A model generated the notes under the pieces. That model made no database searches, was not told the DNA's origin, and was given only the letters and a program-made list of their open reading frames with translations. From Octopus vulgaris (lineage: Eukaryota), in assembly GCA_951406725.2 (NCBI GenBank), contig OX597834.1:11036001-11100000 (forward strand): 64,000 bases of DNA, given 5' to 3'. Both the position numbers and the translations under genes were made by a program. Below are positions 57,974 to 64,000 of this stretch, one piece after another. The stretch's first letter is position 1. Each line of letters starts with the position of its first letter.

Positions 57974-58187
57974 AAGTTAATCCAAACATGAAAACACAAA
58001 GAGAAAACACAAGAACGCGAGGACGTGGAACAAATATAATATTGTTGGACGCTCAGGAAGGAAGGGAAGAATCAGGGTATAACGTTTCGAGCGGAGCTCT
58101 TCGTCGGAAACATAGGAGAAGGCAAGATCCAGAGAAGGGAAAACAGAGGGAAAAATGTCACATTTTGAATGACCGGAGGGAAATGGG

Positions 58188-58190
<3 letters not shown>
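57974..58190 (-). mobile_element. Family A hammerhead-bearing element
   Basis: AACGTTTCGAGCGGAGCTCTTCGTCGG at 58081-58107. (TA)n on both sides. Confidence 0.75.
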
Positions 58191-58239
<49 letters not shown>

Positions 58240-58254
58240 ATATGATCGTTAATT

Positions 58255-58378
58255 TAAAAATAAAAACAACGATTTTATGAAGTGGTCAGCATAGAAAAAA
58301 TAACCTTCAAAAGTAATAATTATCAAAATTATAAATTAGGGTATCTACGAGATACCACCATGGTGAAAATAGCAGCCA
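58255..58378 (-). mobile_element. Tail fragment related to the 25410/28563 family
   Basis: AGGGTATCTACGAGATACCACCATGGTGAAAATAGCAG resembles the reverse complement of 25804-25840. Confidence 0.55.
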
Positions 58379-58393
58379 TGATCTATCTATCTT

Positions 58394-58492
<99 letters not shown>

Positions 58493-58729
58493 ATATATAT
58501 ATATATACATATATTTATATACATTTTTGAGTGTACGTGTGTGTGTATGTATGTATCTATGTATATACATATATATATAGGTTTATATATGTGTGTGCAT
58601 ATATATATATATACATATATATATGCATATACATACGTATATATATACATATATATACATACATGCATACATACACACATATATATTATATAAGTGCCTA
58701 TATGTATTTATACATATATGTACGTATGC

Positions 58730-58781
<52 letters not shown>

Positions 58782-59643
58782 ATATGAATCGGATGGAATA
58801 TTATTTTTACGACCTGTTAAATACGAACCTTCGATTCATGCTTTAGGACCTCGCATGCGGTTTCGAATTTTGGAATGTTTGAAAAGTTTAGTTATTCAAT
58901 TATTCTTGAATCGACAAGTAATACACTCATTGGTAGTGTTGTCATGATCGATGTGAAATTTAGCTTACTCCCAATGCGTGCCTTACAAATGGATACCTCA
59001 ATATGTTGGAAAAGTAAATGATTGCCTCATTATAAGTACTCAGAATTTATCTGAAATTCTGCTGTAATGACTCAAAATTTTCTCTCCAAACGAAGATCTC
59101 AATAATACATCCCAATATTATAATGGCATATTCTTCAGGATCCTGTATGAAGAAATGTGCAGCAAAAACTAATCCCCTATTAGTCATAGAAACCTATATA
59201 TATAATTCTATCATTCAGATAATCAACTTTAGATTACAATTTCTTCTTTGCAAACTTACAAATAAATAATTAAATTGTTTAGCAAAAATCCAGAACAAAC
59301 ATTTGCATACCATCTGCTTTGATACAAAGACTATAACGTTTTGATGAGGGGAGCTATTTGTACAATTACGCACAAACTCACTCACTCCCTCACTCAATCA
59401 TTTGAAGCTACGGAATCTTTAATAATTTAGTTCCGCTATGTTTTCATAAAGAGAAAAGTGTGTTTATATGGTCACGGTTTATACCAGTTTCATATTTAAA
59501 ATATTTAAGATTAATTCACAATTCGAGGATATTCTCAACACACACACCGCTTTAGAAACAAAGAATAAACTTTCATATATCAACAACAAAACATATTCAA
59601 TTTGCAATTAAACTACATGCTTTTAAATATGAAATGGGGAAAA

Positions 59644-60225
59644 AAGGTGGCGAGGTGTCAGAAACGCTTGCACGCCGAGCGAAATTCTCAACGGTATTTC
59701 GTCTGCTGCTACGTTCTGAGTTCAAATTCCGCCGAGGTCGACTTTGCCGTTCATCCTTTCGGGGTCGATAAATTAAGTACCAGTTACACACTGAGGTCGA
59801 TGTAATCGACTTAATACCTATATCTGTCTTTGTTTGTCCCCTCTGTGTTTAGCCCCTTGTGGGTAATAAAGAAATAGGTATTTCGTCTACCGCTACGTTC
59901 TGAGTTCAAATTCTGCCGAGGTCGACTTTGCCGTTCATCCTTTCGGGGTTGATAAATTAAGTACCAGTTACGCACTGGGGGCGGTGTAATCGACTTAATA
60001 CCTATGTCTGTCTTTGTTTGTCCCCTCTATGTTTAGCCTCTTGTGGGTAATAAAGAAATAGGAATTTCGTCTGCCGCTACTATCTGAGTTCAAATTCCGC
60101 CGAGTTCGACTTTTCCATTCATCCTTTCGGGATCGATAAATTAAGTACCAGTTGCGTATTGGGTGGTTCAAATCGATTGGCCCGCTCCCCCAAAATTTCG
60201 GGCCTTGTAACCTAGAGTAGAAAAG
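59644..60225 (+). mobile_element. SINE family 2 with three tandem 184-bp internal units
   Basis: G(T/A)ATTTCGTCT units start at 59694, 59878 and 60062. Confidence 0.85.
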
Positions 60226-61119
60226 AATGGGAAATTCTCTTTTTTTTTTTTTGCATAAACGTATCTTATTAATTCAAATTATGTCAAACTATGTACAACA
60301 CAATCCTCAGAAGTTATATCGAGCGTCATACTGCATCATGGATACAAAAATTCAACCTCGACATCTAATAATACTATCTCAAACATTAAATTATTTCAAC
60401 ACATATTTCTAAGTAAAATAAAATAATGTACAAACATACACACGATCGTCTTGTGAGTTATTACGTTTTTTTTTCTTCTTCTTATATCTATATTCCATTA
60501 TCTCTCCATTTGCATACATAAAAATTCTTTAAAAAAAAAAAAGGCAATTTAAACAGCACATTATTTTCTGCAGCAACGGTATATTCCTACAAAAAGCAAC
60601 AACTCTTCATAATAATATAGCACTGAAAGTTTTAATAGTTTTCTCTAATAGAATCTGCACAAAAGTAATTGATTAAACAGAATTTTAACCTCTATTATAT
60701 TTACGTAATTGCTTAAACGCAGTGTCAATCTCCTTCTACCACTAATTATATTTGTTTACTTATTAAACTTGCTACGTGCAATTTCCTTTTAAATCATCAA
60801 TTTAGTGAGTTTCATTAAGGTATATAACTGCAGTTAGCTCTAATTGTAATTGTTTTTCAAACTATTCTAAGTGAACCGATTACATGTGTGCATACGTAAC
60901 AAACATTTTCAAATATACGAGTTTGGATTTTTCTCTCAACTTTCTGTTGAAACCCATTTAGTAATAATCTATATTTCAATTCATATTCCATATAATTTAC
61001 GTTCCGACAGTTTATCTAATTTGACCTCTCTTTTCTTTTTTATGCATTTCATTAGGAAAGATTATTACATCAAAATATTGCGATTTCTCCTTAGAATCAA
61101 CATGACATGTACACACATA

Positions 61120-61521
61120 GGCGCAGGAGTGGCTGTGTGGTAAGTAGCTTGCTAACCAACCACATGGTTCCGGGTTCATTCCCACTGCGTGGCACCTTGG
61201 GCAAGTGTCTTCTACTATAGCCTCGGGCCGACCAAAGCCTTGTGAGTGGATTTGGTAGACGGAAACTGAAAGAAGCCCGTCGTATATATGTATATATATA
61301 CGTGTGTGTGCTTGTGTGTCTGTGTTTGTCCCCCTAGCATTGCTTGACAACCGATGCTGGTGTGTTTATGTCCCCGTTACTTAGCGGTTCGGCACAAGAG
61401 ACCGATAGAATAAGTACTGGGCTTACAAAAGAATAAGTCCTGGTGTCGAGTTGCTCGATTAAAGGTGGTGCTCGAGCATGGCCGCAGTCAAATGACTGAA
61501 ACAAGTAAAAGAGTAAAAGAG
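61120..61521 (+). mobile_element. SINE family 1, full length
   Basis: Complete head and tail. Confidence 0.9.
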
Positions 61522-61765
61522 AAAGACATGATCAATACTCAGAGTAAACAACTCTGAAAACATAACATTCAAATTTGTGTTTGTCAATAATATTGTTATT
61601 TATCAAAATATATGTAAAGATTGCATGTACACAAAAAGAATAAACATAAGACATCGAATTATTTTCAGCATTTTTTTTTTTCCATATATGCGCGTACGAG
61701 CGCCACTGGTGGGTTGCTAACCATATTGCTCATTGATGGCACATCTTTCGCTATCTATCTACGTG

Positions 61766-61766
<1 letters not shown>

Positions 61767-61815
<49 letters not shown>

Positions 61816-62140
61816 CATTCAGTCGAAGTCGACTCTTGGTCACTCATTGGATCAGTGTCCTCCAGGCAGTTCTATCCTGGGCCGCTTCCTTCAGACTGGC
61901 TATGTCCATTCCGTTATCACTCTTGATGGTGTCAAGCCAGCGGGTTCTTGGTCGGCCTCTTCTTCTCTTGCCACTGACCATTACGAGCATGATATCCTTC
62001 TCCAGGGATTTTCTCCGCATAATATGACCGAAATATGCCAATCTATGCTTGGTGATCCTAGCTTCTAGCGACATTTTCGGCTTGATCTGCTTAAGAACTT
62101 CTCCATTGGTGAGCCTCGCTGTCCATGGAATCGGTAAAAG
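61767..62140 (-). pseudogene. RTE/BovB-like LINE 3' end with (ATAG)n tail
   Basis: IPWTARLTN..SLEARITKHRLAYFGHIMRRKSLEKDIML..GKRRRGRPRTRWLD..DRTAWR..VTKSRLRL. Confidence 0.9.
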
Positions 62141-63094
62141 TCTTCACTATAGCCATTGCATTATACATCCGACTGTTCTCTACTCCCTGTTGAGTCCCAC
62201 GCTGTTTCTCATAACCAGGCTTCATTGTAGTAAGGTTCAACCACTAAAAAGACCTTGAATTGAAACAAATACTTGAAGCAAATTGGACTCCTGAGTCCAT
62301 ACTTCGTTATCCTTGCTCATATACAATCTTCTTATATACCTCCATCCAAGATAAATCCATTTAATATACATTCATTTACTGAACATCCAACTTTTTCAGA
62401 TTTCACTCAGAAAGTCTGCTTCAAATTGAATGCTTTTAGATCTTATAATTTAAGCTCTGTGTTTCTTTCAATCATTTTAAATACAACAAAGAATTTACTA
62501 ACATTTTTTGACTTCGATAAGCTTACACAGACATTACCATCTTCATAAAGATTAGGGTTGAGTCGATCAGCACAGTAGGACAAATAATGGAACCTGGGTG
62601 GTGATGCAGGGTAATCTTTTGGCAACTTGACATCGACAATATATAGACCATTTTCATAGGGCGTCAGTCACTACGAGCATATGCACGTGCGTGATATGTG
62701 ACCTAGCGCGTGTGTATTCATACAAAAGTCCCTTCACACACACAAATATATTCAGTGAACGTTGGAATTTGTAAGAAGCAGACGTAGTTTAAAGGGAAAT
62801 CTGAAGTTACGTTTCTGGTACACACCAGTATCATTTTATATGTTAACGTGGACTTAGATTATATTACTGGAAATTCCGTGAAGTCTATGGTTTCCTTTTT
62901 ACATACATAAATACATACATATATATGTACATATGTCTACACACACACTCATATATATAAAAGTATATATAGATGTTTTCGATCTAATTTGGATTCTTTG
63001 CCATCAAATTTGAATATGCATATATATATACACACACATATATATATACATATATATATACACACACACACATATATATACATATATATATACC

Positions 63095-63128
<34 letters not shown>

Positions 63129-63144
63129 AATATATATAAATATA

Positions 63145-63182
<38 letters not shown>

Positions 63183-63202
63183 TATATATATATATATATA
63201 TA

Positions 63203-63272
<70 letters not shown>

Positions 63273-63403
63273 GTTTTCTATGTAGTTTAGATACTTTGCC
63301 ATCAAATTTGAATTCTTTGCAATCAAATTTGAATTTTTCAATTGGTGCTCAAGCCTTGAACTAAAAGAGAGTTAAACTACATCGGCCGTAAGGGATTACA
63401 TGA

Positions 63404-63695
63404 CTATCTTATCTAAGTCGTCCAGTAGAGCCCACCAATTGATATCTGAAAAGTCTGATGAAATAATTCACGAACACTGCAACAGCTTCGACCAAAAGAT
63501 GCTCCATTACATCGACCGATCTGAACAAGGGGAGATAATAGAAAAATAATCATTCGTTTATTATCTCCCCTGGTTCAGACCGGTTGATGTTATGGAGCAT
63601 CTTTTGGTCGAAGCTATCGCAGTGTTCATGAGTTATTTCATCGAACTTTTCAGATATCAATAGGTGAGTTCTATTGGACGGGTTAGATAAGATAG
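63404..63695. repeat. Inverted repeat with about 135-bp arms and 18-bp spacer
   Basis: 63404-63540 versus 63559-63695, about 16 substitutions by eye and no indels. Confidence 0.9.
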
Positions 63696-63832
63696 ACACT
63701 TCCGAAGAAGAGCATCTCCTCGAAACGTTATACCATCTTTCTTTCCTTCCCTTAGCGTCTGCTAAAACATTTTATATACAACGTCCTCGCATGGTTGTAT
63801 ATTTTGTGTTTGTTCTTTTGGGATTTACTAAC
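63696..63832 (+). mobile_element. Diverged family A hammerhead tail
   Basis: CCGAAGA-AGAGCATCTCCTC-GAAACGTT, then ACGTCCTCGC..GGATT..ACTA like the other family A copies. Confidence 0.65.
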
Positions 63833-64000
63833 ACATACACATACATAAATACATACATTAATTTCAGGTATATATATATATACACACACAGATCCAAACA
63901 TTTACAAGTTAACAAACATCACATATATCTCTAGTGATTAATGTTATATTAATTGTGTTGAAATACATCAAGATATTTGCGTAAAACTGTTTCAGATTCT

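Larger units (their letters stand above)
57570..59445 (+). repeat. Dispersed direct duplication of about 250 bp (57570-57838 and 59201-59445)
   Basis: Both start TATAATT.TATCATTCAGATAATCAACTTTAGATTA and align to ..CTATGTTTTC. Confidence 0.85.

Noticed and set aside
59694-60225. CRISPR-like array
   Set aside because: Units are 184-bp SINE repeats without unique spacers, in a eukaryotic context.

Overview
AT-rich, microsatellite-dense eukaryotic non-coding DNA. The repeat content (tRNA-derived SINEs, very long (TA)n/(CATA)n/(GATA)n tracts) points to an octopus or related coleoid cephalopod; this is an inference from recognised repeat families. I find no intact host gene, and nearly all ORF-track entries are microsatellite read-throughs. 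The window holds about 14 copies of one tRNA-SINE, about 10 units of a Meta-domain-like SINE, a third SINE, and decayed RTE, CR1/L2 and Tx1/L1 LINEs. It also holds Tc1/mariner relics, non-autonomous Helitrons and several Penelope-like element (PLE) relics with RT or GIY-YIG. The most notable signal is a set of short, mostly (TA)n-flanked, often fold-back elements from at least six unrelated sequence families. Each carries a minimal type I hammerhead ribozyme fold with family-specific paired stems and a palindromic stem III. They include recurring variant cores (CCGACGA, CUGUUGA) and one element that joins a tRNA-type Pol III head to a canonical hammerhead. All alignments, folds and translations were done by eye and coordinates may be off by a few bases.
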